From: Bugula neritina
Taxonomy: Eukaryota > Animalia > Bryozoa
DNA: 64,000 bases
Assembly (NCBI GenBank): GCA_964035545.1
Contig: OZ037767.1
Coordinates: forward strand, 16,861,781 to 16,925,780
Direction: 5' to 3'
This document shows, in pieces, positions 25,014 through 40,440 of the stretch. Position 1 is the stretch's first letter. Every line of letters starts with the position of its first letter. Both the position numbers and the translations under genes were made by a program. The notes under the pieces are model-generated. The model was not told the DNA's origin and ran no database searches. It saw only the letters and a program-made list of their open reading frames with translations.

Positions 25014-28000
25014 AAGCTGGACTCTACAAATACAGCAAACCTCTGAACGACGTGAATGGTTCATCTACTAAGGGTGGATGCGCCTCGTCCCGTAGTGATG
25101 CTGTGGTTCACCAGGCACATCGAGACGGTCATCTGATTACTGGTTCTTGAGAAATTATCAGATAGCTAGATAGAGACACCAAACTCTGCAGCTTACCAAC
25201 ATTTCTCATTCTCTCCTCTTTCGGCACATTTTCTTTCGCTATTCAAACCTTTATTTCTTCTCCTCTTTGATGAAAGAATATAACTCAATGTGACTGTTGA
25301 TCTTTATTAGTAAAGGTAAACTGTTCTTTCTGTTTGTATTTGTTTATACTCTTGCTGTTGGTTACAAAATCAATATGTATTTTAGTCAATTGCAAGATCT
25401 GCTAGTTTACTAATATAAAGAGATATTTATTAAAGATTAGTGTGAGCAGCAATCTATTTTTCTGAACAAAAGCAGACCAGCTATGTTTTAAAAATATATA
25501 AATTGTTGTAGATTTATTTCGGAAGAATGAATATTACACTAAGGCTGGTATCCTCACATATTTGGCTGAGTTGAATGAAGATTATTCTCTGAAATAGTTT
25601 TGCATCTCAGACCTTTACTAGTTGGTTCCACTAAAATGCACAAAGAAGTATCGGCCAGCAACTTTGCTTAGTCAGCAGTCCCCTTCTGCCCCACAGCGCA
25701 CGGTGAGGCAGTTGAATGCCTTGAAAGCATCGGCTGCTGATTGAGAAAGGCGTTGTCTGGTGCTAGAAAAGCGCGTAGCAGAGTAGAGCTGGACTCTACA
25801 AATACAGCAAACTCTGAACGACGTGAATGGTTCATCTACTAAGGGTGGATGCGCCTCGTCCCGTAGTGATGCTGTGGTTTACCAGGCACATCAAGACGGT
25901 CATCTGATTACTGGTTCTTGAGAAATGATCAGATAGCTGGGTAGAGACACCAAACTCTGCAGCTTACCAACATTTCTCATTCTCTCCTCTTTCGGCACAT
26001 TTTCTTTCGCTATTCAAACCTTTAAGCCTTCTTTTCTCTGGTTGAGTTTGACTGATAATCTATTGGTAAAGGTAAGCTTTTCTCTAAATTTTAAAACATT
26101 ATTTTATGTTTGTATCTTTTTATACTATAGAAACGCCACCTCTTACTGCTGATTACAAAACATGCATTTTGGTCAACTGCAAGAATTGTTAACTCACAGA
26201 TATAAAGGGTTAAATACTAAAGCTTGATGTAAACAGCAATCCCAATTTTCTTTCCTAATAAAAGCAGGCCGACTGTGCATATTTTATTAATAAATTATAG
26301 ATTTTATTGTAGACTTATTTCGGAAGAATGAATATCATTCTAAGGCTGGTATCCTCACATATTTGGCTGAGTTGAATGAAGATTAATCTCTGGAATATTT
26401 TCACACCTCAGGAGTTTACAGAAGAAACAAACCTTCTGTTAAAAACTTCTTTCTGTCGGGCAAACGTCTGAACATTCATCACTCGAGATCACAATTGCAC
26501 CTGAACTTCTGAATTTCAAGCTGACTGCAATACTGACTCACGCTTGGCAGTGTTCAGGTAAGTTTTTTTTAATATTTCTTTTTTCTAATTATCTACATCG
26601 TGACTGAGTGAAATTCATTTGAGATGGTTTTTTTCTAATTTTTTTGGGCCACTTAGGATTACAAGCTTATAGAAAATATACTAAGTTTAATATTTATGCA
26701 CACTTTTCATCATCATTACCTATGCTGTTATTCAATCTTGTAGATGGTACAAATCCTTTTTGGCTGGTAAAACACTACTATATGTTTATTGGATGAGCAA
26801 CATATTCCTCATACTCTACTCTGTATGTTGACATTCACACATCTACATCTTAGTAAACTGAAGAGTAGTTTATTAGTGGATCTTCTTAGAACTCCTCTAC
26901 AATAAATACTCGGCTGGACACACCATGTCTTTCACTGTTGGTCAGATGAGTCTGAAACTCTATATAGAGGTGAGTCCTTCTTCTACATTCTCTTAGCATT
27001 TTGTTTCTTGACTTCCTATAATATCTGGTTAGAAGGTCTCTCAGCATGTTTCTGTCAGTGTTTTTAAATGCATACTTTTTAACTTTTCTCACCTATCATG
27101 CATAGAACGTTCCTTTAGAGGTTGTTGATACAATTTTTAGAGAATAGTTTAATTTCTGCACCTAATAGACATATTAAATATTATAGATGGTGATATCACT
27201 TGTTGGCTGGTACAATACTACATTGTTAGTGGATTCTCAACTCTGCATCTCTCCTGGATTTCAAGTAGACGAAACAGTATTCTATTTCTCAAAACATTTA
27301 CTAGATTGCATTTCTCAATGAGCCAACAGAACATGTCTCCAATTCTTATTTTCAAATTTGGGGATGGAAGAATTTAGGCTGGACTTAAGTCAGATGTGGA
27401 TCATCTTACTAACATAGAACATTCTATTCTACTAGAGCAATGGTGAGTTTGTGAAATGCTTCTAAAAACTGTGATCTGCTGTGAGGACAAACTTGTGTGA
27501 GCATTCGATGGCAATAGTTGATATAATTCTTTCAAGAGTTAAAGTTGCTGTGGTAAATGATTATTAATAGGTTATGGTGGTTTTTACAGAGTCTCTCACT
27601 GAATCTATGTTGAGGACAATATCACTTGTTCAACTTGTACAATCACTGATAGATGATTCCACTTTCTTCTCCTTGTAAATGTCTGGATTCTATAAATAGA
27701 CTGACACAGATATCTGCTGGACTCAGAGTCTCTCTACTAACAACTCTATTCAGGGTTTAACTTCTTCCTATCTTGTTATAATATAGGTGAGTTTATGTAG
27801 TAGCAGAAGGCACAATTTAGCTTCTCTCATTTCCATTATCATTGCACAATGGCCAGGCTGTATATAAGTTTGACTATGAAGATGCATTATAAGTTCTGTT
27901 AGAAACTCTTTACAGATATTTATATTTTGGGCAGGCACTTCAGTAAAACAATATTAAGTTAGTTAGTATCAAACAGGTTTAAAAGTAGCTTATATAGTTT

Positions 28001-28668
28001 GAGTTGTCTACAGTATTGCTATTTCATCGAAGCTTATGCTTCAACATTCTTATATGACTTTTTAGTTTCTGCACACATCGGACAAGATTTTCATCTTGGT
28101 TTGACAGAAATGGGCTGAAAGAAACACATTTATATTCTGCAGGGAATTTTTTTTTCTGTTCTGCAATCTTCTGAATATTTATCATTCGAGATCACAATTG
28201 CGCCTAAACTTCCAAATTTACAAGTATCACTTGTTCAACTTGATAGATGATGGTTATAAAAGCTGATGATTCCTCTTTCTTTTCTCAAACATCTGCTACT
28301 CAATATCATAATTATGCTGCACTTTCTTTCTGGATTCTATAAATAGATACAGATATCTGCTAGTCTCAGAGTCTCTCCACTGACAACTCTATTCAGAGTT
28401 TAACTTCTTCATATTCTGTTATAATATAGGTGAGTTTATGTAGTAGCAGAAGGCACTATTTAGTTATTCTAATTTCTATTGCATGGTGGCAGGGCATATC
28501 TATAAATTCAATTATGGTTATGTATTATAAGTTCTATTAGAAACTCTTTATAGATATTTATATTTTGCGCAGGCACTTCAATAATACAATATTAAGGTTT
28601 TATGGCATATCAAACAGCTTTAAAAGTAGTTTAAAGTGTCTACAATATTGTTACTTCATCAAAACGTA

Positions 28669-28997
28669 TACCAAAACATTCTTATATAACTTTTAGTTTC
28701 TGCACACATCAGACAAGATTTTCATCTTGGTTTGACAGAAATGGGCTGAAAGAAACACATTTATATTCTGCAGGGAATTTTTTTTTCTGTTCTGCAATCT
28801 TCTGAATATTTATCATTTGTGATCTCGAATGATAAACTTCCAAATTACAAGTAGACTTAGTAACGCTACAGAACTTACTCAAACTTCCACCTGCACTGGC
28901 TCAGGTAAATGTAGTTTTTTCAGCCATTTCTGTCAAACCAGATGAAATCTTGTCTGATGAGTGCAGAAACTATAAGTTTTTTAAGAATGTTTTGGTA
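28669..28997. repeat. ~80-bp inverted repeat (28669-28751 / 28918-28997)
   Basis: The right arm is the reverse complement of the left arm, with a few mismatches and 1-nt indels. Confidence 0.85.
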
Positions 28998-30967
28998 ATT
29001 TTTTGGGTTAATTAGAATTAGAACCTTTGAAATGAGATGCTAAAATAAAATACGTTAAAAATTATGTTTTATCATCACCTGTATTCTATAATAATTATAT
29101 AACATATTTTTGTAGATGCGGTACAAAATCCTGTTAGGCTGATAAAAACACTTTCACATTTTTATTGGACTACAATTATTTCTGCACTTTCATCCTACTG
29201 TGTTCAAGCACGAAAGGTAAGCTTGATTGAAAAGTTATTTTTCTATTATATGCGCCATGACATGACTGAGTTGATGCAGTTTTGGCACTTCTTGTTAATA
29301 TAGATCAATGTTCAGTGGAGTGGAGGGGGGAATACTAAATTAATTATTCAAACTAGCTTCTAATCATTAGTTGTAGCCAGTTGGGAACTCTTGTAGGTGA
29401 TACAAAGCCTTGGCTGGCTGGTAAAAACAAACAAGATCTTCTCTTTGGTATGTCACAATACTGGATGGGCTGAAAGCAACACTTTAATGTTCTGCTGAGA
29501 ATTTTGTCATAACTTCCACATGCTTTCTTCAAGTGTTCATCACTTAAGAGCATGACACATTCCAATTTCAAGTCAATAAACATTTCATGTCTACAGTTCT
29601 TAAGATATGCAGAACTTTAAAACTTTGTTGAGGGTTGAAAGGTAAATTCCCTAAATTGTTGTTTCTGGCTGAAAGTTTGTTGTTGCAATAATTATTTTGA
29701 GTTCTTTTAATTGCTCAAATATATAGCCAAGCTTGAAAATGCTGAAACAAAATGTACAAAAGTTCCGTTAATCATCATTGCCTATACTGTTAATCAATCT
29801 TGTAGATGATACAAACCCTGTAAGACTGGTAAAACACTTCCAGATGTGCATTAGATGAGCAACATATTCCTCATTCTCTACTCTGTATGTTGACATTCAC
29901 ACATCTACATCTTGGTAAACTGAAGAGTAGTTTATTAGTGGATCTTCTTAGAACTCCTCTACAATAAATACCTGGCTGGACACACCATGTCTTTCACTGT
30001 TGATTAGATGACTCCAAAACTCTATGTAGAGGTGAGTCCTTTTTCTACATTTTCTTGAAATTTTACTTCTTGACTTCCAAATATCTGATTAGAAGAACTT
30101 AGTCGTTTTCGTTTTTAGATGCTATCCTGTAAAGAACAGTTTAATTTCTGCACCTAACCTTTTTTCAAGAATGGTGTAATTTTTGCTTATGACTGTCATT
30201 AAATCTTTGTAGTTGGCTGGTACAAACTTAGAACTCTTCTACAACAAATACTTGGCTGGACACACCATGTCTTTCACTGTTGGTCACTAATCAGACGACT
30301 CTAAAACTTCATAATTATAAAGGTGAATCCTTGTTCTACATTTTCACAAAATTCTGCTCCTTGACTTCCAATTGTATCTGACTAGAAGGTCTCAGTTAAA
30401 GTATTGTTTTTGTCGGTTTTTGGGTGTAAATTTTCTATAGAAAATTTTAATCTTTGCACCTAAAAATTTTTGAAGTAATTTCTGCACATGACTGTGATTA
30501 AACTTTGTAGATGGTGAGATCACTTGTTGGCTGGTAAAACACTTCTACGTGTTTATTGGAAGATCTGATCCACTCTGCAAATTCACTTCTGGTGCATCTC
30601 TCCTTGATTTCAAGTAAACAGTAACTCTACTTCTCAGAACATCTCCAAGACTGTTTTTCTTAAATAATTACCCAACACAAATATTTGGAGTGGATCAAGT
30701 GAAACACACTTCTAATGTAATTCAAACTTCAGTTTCTCTATTTTGGAGCTGAATGAATCCCTTCTTGGCTTCAACTGAACACTAGATGTGGATCAGCTGA
30801 CCATAACTTGGTAGACTCCATTCTACTAGAGTAATGGTGAGTTTATGTAATACTTCTATACTATCAGTTTGTATCAGATTATGGAACTCAAGTGGCATGC
30901 TTACAGTACGTGTGTCTAGTTTAGTGTTTGTATGCTGAGCTATATAGTAAAATAGTGTAGTAAAATA

Positions 30968-31074
30968 TATAGTAAAATATATAGTACAATAATATTGTAC
31001 TATCTATTTTACTATAATATATTTTACTATAATATATTATATTATAGTAAAATATATTATAGTAAAATAGATAG
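30968..31074. repeat. Overlapping AT-rich palindromes
   Basis: Perfect 36-bp arms at 31000-31035 and 31039-31074. A second palindrome is centred at 30992. Confidence 0.8.
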
Positions 31075-32808
31075 AAAAATATATTATGGTAAAATGTATA
31101 GTAAAATAGTGTAAACTTTGTCTTCTGGTTTCAGCATTTCGCACTAAAATTTCTATGGAATTTACAAAACAGTTTTTAGAGCTTGGAAACCTTCTAGAAG
31201 CTTTTTACTAATATTAGGCTTCTAATACACCAATTAGGTTTACAATAGGCATACAATATATGTATTGCTTTCAGAATATTGCTATTTTAGCAAAACTCCT
31301 CTCAGATTCTTTTTATTTGGCTTTTTAGCTTCTGCACACATTCCACAAGATCTTCATCTTGACATGTCATAACACTTGCTGGGCTGAAAGAAACGTTTAT
31401 ATGCTGGTGAAAACTTCTTCCTTTCTGTTCTGCAAACTGGTTGAAGAAGATAACTCAATGTGACTGGTGATCTTTACTGGTAAAGGTAAGCTTTTCTCTC
31501 TGTTTGTATTTGTTTATACTCTAATTGCTGTTGATTACAAAATGATTATACATTTTAGTCAATTGCAAGGTCTGCTTATAATACACTATTATATAGGTTT
31601 AATTACCAGAGATTCATGTGAACAGCAATTCGTTTTCTTTCTGAACAGAAGCAGACCACCTATGTTATTGAAATATATATATTGTTGTAGAACTATTTAA
31701 GAAGAATGAGTATCACACTAAGGCTGGTATCCTCACATATTTGGCTGAGTTGAATGAAGATTTATTCTCTGGGATATTTTCACACCTCAGAACTTTACAG
31801 AACAAACAAATCTCCATGTTCTGCTGAGAACTTTTTTCTTTCTCTTGTGCTTTGTGCTTCCAAATATTTATCACTTGAGATCACAATTGCACCTGAACTT
31901 CTGAATCTACAAGTAGACTGAGCCAGAGTCTACAGCACTTACTCAGAATAATATATCCAAAACTTCCACCTGCACTTCTTTGAGCTCTAAAGTAAGCTTC
32001 TGGTTTCTATTATCTATCTTAGTGAAGGTTTAGCATAAATTCTTGTAAACTCTCTTAGTTCATCAGACACGCCTATTTTTTAAATGTTTTGTAAATATTT
32101 GAAATAGGTTTTCAGAGTGACCTACACCGTTTATGAATGTTTGTTTGTTTCAGCTTATGAAACATTGTTTCCCTATAGAGTTTTCAAACTTATTGATTGG
32201 ATCGTTTGATCTCCCCGTGCTATGGTGGTGACATAATTTATTTGGCAGATGGAGAATGTATTTCTAATGTCATCTCCTGCTCACAGAGTTTCCTCTCAAA
32301 CCTTTAACCAAAACCAAAAGTGAGTTATTGGAAATTGGCATTTTGAGCAGTTCACTTATAGTTCAGTTGAAATGTTTTATTGTGAGAATTTTTATTAAAA
32401 TTGATGGGTTTTCGTAGATTTCCCACATCATGTGGAGACAAACTGAACCGTAGTTAATAGTGATGTTACTGCATGCAGTACTGTGGACTATTGGAGTTGT
32501 GGTACCACCTTGTGGGCCTCGGAATCTGGGAGCATATCTGAGCAGTAACACTAGAGATGGTAATAATGCATAATATACTATATTCCCTACTGTTACAATT
32601 TTAACATGTGTGGCATTTGAATTTGTTTGTGTCTCTCCAAGTGTTTAGGAAGAGGCAGCTGGTCAAATCTATTAGTTTAAGATGTGTAATGTATCTATTA
32701 TTAGATAGTAATATAAGATATGTATTACATAATAACATAATGTATCTATCATTAGATGATGTAATGGCTTTTTATGTTCTCTGTTTGTAACCAGGTACAC
32801 AGTGTTTT

Positions 32809-33047
32809 CATGGTGATACTTTGTATACATGTGTTGTCATGGTGATACTAAGTATACATCTGTTGTCATGGTGATACTGTGTATACATGTGTTGTCATGG
32901 TGATACTAAGTATACATGTGTTGTCATGGTGATACTCTGTATACATCTGTCGTCATGGTGATACTTTGTATGCATGTGTTGTCATGGTGATACTATGTAT
33001 ACATGTGTTGTCATGGTGATACTATGTGTACATGTGTTGTCATGGTA
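32809..33047. repeat. 29-bp minisatellite (CATGGTGATACTNNGTATACATGTGTTGT) x~8
   Basis: Direct reading. Confidence 0.9.
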
Positions 33048-35094
33048 ATGAAAGTTTGTTTCTAGAAAGCAGGTACTAGCCAGGACCACCAGCTGACAGG
33101 TGAAGGTAGCAGTAGTAGTCAACAGACGTAGTTTGGTCACATATATTAATACTTCCTGTTACATCTTGCGACAGTGTAAATAAAATACACTGTGGTATAT
33201 TTAGCACTCGGTGAAATTTTAGAGTTTTTAGTTTAAATGTGTGACCAGACAATCTTTACAATGATTTTTGTTAATTTATAATTTTCAGCTGCTTTTTAAT
33301 TTACAACATTTATACAATGATTGGGAAAGTCACAGCAAATTCAGCATAAATTCTGATAATTGGTACCAATTTAGCCGTCAATGAGTTAGCTAAGCGAAAC
33401 TCTACAACCTTATACTTTCCAACTTGCGTAGCTGTTGAGATGCTGAGGGAATCTGATGCATGATTGTAGTTAATGTCTGTTGGAATGTAGATAGGCAACT
33501 CCTATATTGACTATTCACAAAAGTAAAATGACGGTTTGATCTAGGAAAGTAACTGTAGAATAATATTATGATGATATGTTCTTCAGTCATAAACAGTTAA
33601 CAGTGTGTTGTATTTCAGTGACTCCCTGTTACAGTCAGCAACTATTATAGTAGGCTCATATCAACATCTGTCTCTCTACAGCAGCTGTACATAGTATAAT
33701 CTGAGTGTATTTATTACCTTGCAGAGATGGGAAATACCTTTTGGTGAGGTAAAGAATTTTACTTTCTAATATGTTACAGTAACTCTCTGAAGGTATTTTA
33801 TTGTAACACGTTATTGTTTAAAGCTGAAACTCAACCATTTCCATAACTAATTGAGAAATCTTATATGTAGATAAAATTCTTATTTGAAATTATCTGAAAC
33901 ATTCTTTATGTGGATATAAAAATATTATTGCATTTACTCAAATAATCAGGTGTTTGAGTTTTGAATATATAACAGCTAATTATTTATTTACATGTAAGTA
34001 TGAAGCTGACCGCCATTTACTTGGAGTCATCTCACATGACACAAGTTTGGTTATCTTGATTGTCAACTTTCATGAGTTGCTTTTTAGAGGACCAGCCAGA
34101 AATTATCGCTCGTAGGCGCAGATGACTCAAGTGTGAGGCTATTCAAGTACCTTGTAGCCAGAGGAGGGTCACATGACACAAGCAGTAAGTCTCAAGCAGA
34201 GCATTTTGACATATGAAGGAGTTACCTTCTCTAATTCTTTTACAATTACTCCAAAATAACTACTCTCCTTGCACTTTTATAGTTGGTAGTGATCACCAAG
34301 CAGAGGTTGATTTAATTCCCGTTATTTATATACTGAGTTTTAGCAATTATTGAATAACTTTAAATTTTTAGTCATGCACTGCAGGAAAATCAACCAATCG
34401 GTTTACGGAGCTGAAACAGTTTATGAAATGAGATCAAAACCTTTAATTGGCCATTTGTTGACAGCTCTAAAATATCCAACCTGGCAAGTGAACTTTTCCC
34501 CAGATAATCTCTCTGCACTGGACAGTCACACAGTACACAGTGCAAACTCTGTGAGCATCAACCACCTCTGACAGGGACAGATAACTTCTAATCAGAGGTA
34601 AATCAGGCTGTTGGTTTTCCTGTTATTGATATAATAACTTTCGTGAATTCACATTTGCCCCGCAGATAGTTAAGGCACTACTTATCTTAGAACTGTCAGC
34701 ATTAACATTACTATCAGCTATAATAGTGAAGATCTATTTAGGCTGAGCTAAATTCTATTGTAGAAAATTCCGCTGCAAATTTTATCACAGATCTCTCATA
34801 TAATAGTTTCTTCTGGAGTTCACCAGAAAACTGTTGCTCTCAATGCTCTCTACCATATCTGTAGACATCAGTGTGAAATGGCCCTCAGCCCTGGTGATAT
34901 ATGCATCAATACTAAACACTTGCTTCATAAACATTAACATAATTTTCTACATGTTATTTGTTGGCTAAAATGCAACATTAAGGTCATTAATTGATTTTTG
35001 GTTAGAATGTAATATTATGATTGCTAATTGACTTTAAAGTTTGTAAATATTAATTTATATGGCAGATAATTTTTTTATCTTATAAGATTGTGAA

Positions 35095-37737
<2,643 letters not shown>

Positions 37738-39203
37738 AAACTGTATTTTTCAATTTATCTTCATTATCTGTTTAAGTCATAGTATTTTTTATAAGAAACA
37801 TAGTTTAGTAGTTTCATTCAATTTCAATAAAACTTAAACATCCATAAAACAATGCTGTGTTATATTTATTTATTAAACAAAAACCTTAACAAAAAACCAA
37901 TTCAGGGTGACCTGTACCTATTCTAAGCTTTAATGCGGAAGCAATCTTGGCAGGTTATTGGAGTTGTGTTCTTATCTTGAGGATCACATCTTAGCAGCTT
38001 ATATGATGCAGAAACTTTTACAGCATCATTTAGTTACTATTTCTATCGCATACAGATACTATTCGGCTCATACTGTAATCACAAAACAATGCTGCATAGG
38101 ATATTTAATAACTAGCCAAAAATCAGCTTCACCAAAATATGTTATGGCGAAAATGACAATTCACAGTCAATCAGCTCTGTTATATTGCATTAGCAAAAAA
38201 TATAAAATATAAATAGCAATACTACTCAATAATTATTTCTTCTTAGAATTTATTTGCATTATAATTATGTAGGAGTGATAAATGTAAATGGAGAGCTAGG
38301 CATAAGACATAATAAGGTACTTCTTGTCCTTTCAAAATGGGGCGCAGTTTTGCTATTTTTGAGTTGTCTATCCATTTTTGCTTATGTCTAAGCTTGGTTA
38401 TGACAATTTAATCAATAAAATCTGTGTTGCTTATTTGGCAGACTATTTTGCTATATGAAATTTTGGGTAATAGCAGTACTAACAACTCGTACTGTTAATA
38501 TTACATTATCTCATAAGTTGCGTTTATACCTCTGCTGAAAAAGTACCGAGTTTAAGTTAATAATGCTTGTCCGGGTACCCCTTTATAGTCAAACTGAAAC
38601 TCGTTGAAATCATATTGATGCGGTTGCTCACTTTCTGAAATTGAAATTTGACTCGCATAATAGCTATTTGATGCCCTTTGTAAACGTCGTGAATTAGTGA
38701 AGCGGAAAGCATAAAAGCGATAATTGAGAAGGCGTAGGCTATATAATTATAACCGTATAAGTACGTTGTCTAATCGCCAAAGTAATAACTAAATAACGAT
38801 GTTTACAAGGAGTTAATACTCCTATTCTAAAATTGGCCGATTAAGTTATCATAGTACAAAAAATTTCAACGAGTGACTTTCAAAATGCAATGCAACTCGG
38901 AGAAATTTCAACCCGGCCAAATTGAATTTTTGACCGAAAATCGTGAAGATATAAACGCAACTTTATAGTTCCACGTTCTTTTGACAGATAACGAAACTGA
39001 AGGTAATTTCACAGACATTTAGAGCATTAGGAAAGATGGGTTGATTCTGGTTACCTTCATCATTGAGAAACTGCCAAACCAGGAGGTAACATGTCTTTTG
39101 CTCACTCCATAGTCTAGTAGGCTATATATCTATTCTATTACTCTTCCCATAGCCTACTATATATATGGTACTTACTCTATAGTCTAGTATATATCTATTC
39201 TAT

Positions 39204-40190
39204 TGTAGTGAGTTTTGGTTATCTATATTATTATTCACCTGTCGTAGTATAATCACACATTGTCAATGTGTAATGTAATTAACCCGCTATGGTTAAGCTA
39301 TGGTTATTAGTTAGCGGTTAGTAGTCACGTAGGTAGTTACTAATGTCACGTAGGTAGTTACTAATGTCACGTAGGTAGTTTACTAATGTCACGTAGGTAG
39401 TTTACTAATGTCACGTAGGTAGTTTACTAATGTCACGTAGGTAGTTTACTAATGTCACGCCATCGGCAATGGAACACCGCCGGCAGCTATAACCATGGAC
39501 TGTAGTGTGATGGATGTCACGTAATGCATACATACGCATGGCCATCATAATAGGCTGTCAGTACTAGTAGTTAATGCCTAGCTTGACGGCATCACCATTA
39601 CTAGAGAGACCGTATGCTGTTCCGCACCAGCTACGCTATGGCCATTCACTTAGCTGGACTCACTCATCAATACATCAGTTGACTACATGTTAACATTCCT
39701 TCGTGCCGTACGGCACATGTGAAATGCGGGGACTCCCCGCGGTCCACCGGAACCCATGGACCAATCACCATCCAGCCAGCTGTGGCTGCGATGAATCATG
39801 CTTACAGTCGTCTGAGCAAGTGTGGGTATTTTCCATCATCAACAAAGTGACAGCTATGCATCAGCTTGCCCGGATGAACCTTGAAGTAATGGCCAGGATG
39901 ACGTGATATTAATACCAACCAATCAGAGGCGAGCTCTCGTATATATACAGCACCTTCAGCCGCCCACAGGCAGATTGGAACTGGCAGGCTAACTCATGTA
40001 GTTACTACGACTTTTGTATATTCTTTCTCGGCTGATGTATGTTATTTTTACTCGTATGTTGTTTACTTAAATATAATTCTCGCATTCCTAATCCACTTGG
40101 TTCGGTTCCTTCTGTAATCTCACAGCATGATGCAGTAATTAGTAGTACACAATAAAAACCCACAAACTAGTAATTCCACGAATTACTACA
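39204..40190 (+). mobile_element. Solo LTR (~987 bp; 4-bp TSD is typical of Gypsy-type elements)
   Basis: TGTAGT...ACTACA termini, with a 4-bp target-site duplication CTAT (39200-39203 and 40191-40194). CCAAT (~39919) and TATATA (~39940) boxes, AATAAA at 40151. It interrupts a 35-bp minisatellite. Confidence 0.85.
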
Positions 40191-40440
40191 CTATTACTTA
40201 CTCTATAGTCTAGTATGTATCTATTCTATTACTCACTCTATAGTCTAGTATATATCTACTCTATTACTTACTCTATAGTCTAGTATATATCTACTCTATT
40301 ACTCACTCTATAGTCTAGTATATAACTACTCTATTACTCACTCTATAGTCTAATATATATCCATTCTATTACTCACTCTATAATCTAGTATATATCTATT
40401 CTATTACCAACTCTATAGCCTAGTATATATCTAGTCTACG
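40191..40440. repeat. 35-bp minisatellite (CTCTATAGTCTAGTATATATCTATTCTATTACTCA), continuing left of the LTR at 39100-39203
   Basis: Direct reading; the array is split by the solo LTR. Confidence 0.9.

Larger units (their letters stand above)
25512..32319 (+). ncRNA. Array of ~15 non-coding exon-like segments (spliced 3'UTR of the orphan gene or a separate lncRNA)
   Basis: Segments bounded by (Y)nYAG acceptors and GTRAG/GTRAA donors: 25512-26071, 26313-26557, 26744-26969, 27187-27442, 27590-27786, 28066-28429, 28697-28904, 29116-29216, 29397-29641, 29806-30031, 30213-30322, 30511-30836, 31329-31485, 31691-31991, 32179-32319. Possible further ones: 33619-33748, 34088-34184, 34504-34597, 34666->. 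They fall into paralogous families, and no long + strand ORF is present. Confidence 0.55.

Noticed and set aside
25512-32319. SECIS elements or C/D-box snoRNAs as the recurring hairpin
   Set aside because: ATGA lies on the 3' arm rather than the 5' arm, and the CDS has no in-frame TGA. The motifs are in exon-like segments and lack consistent terminal C and D boxes.
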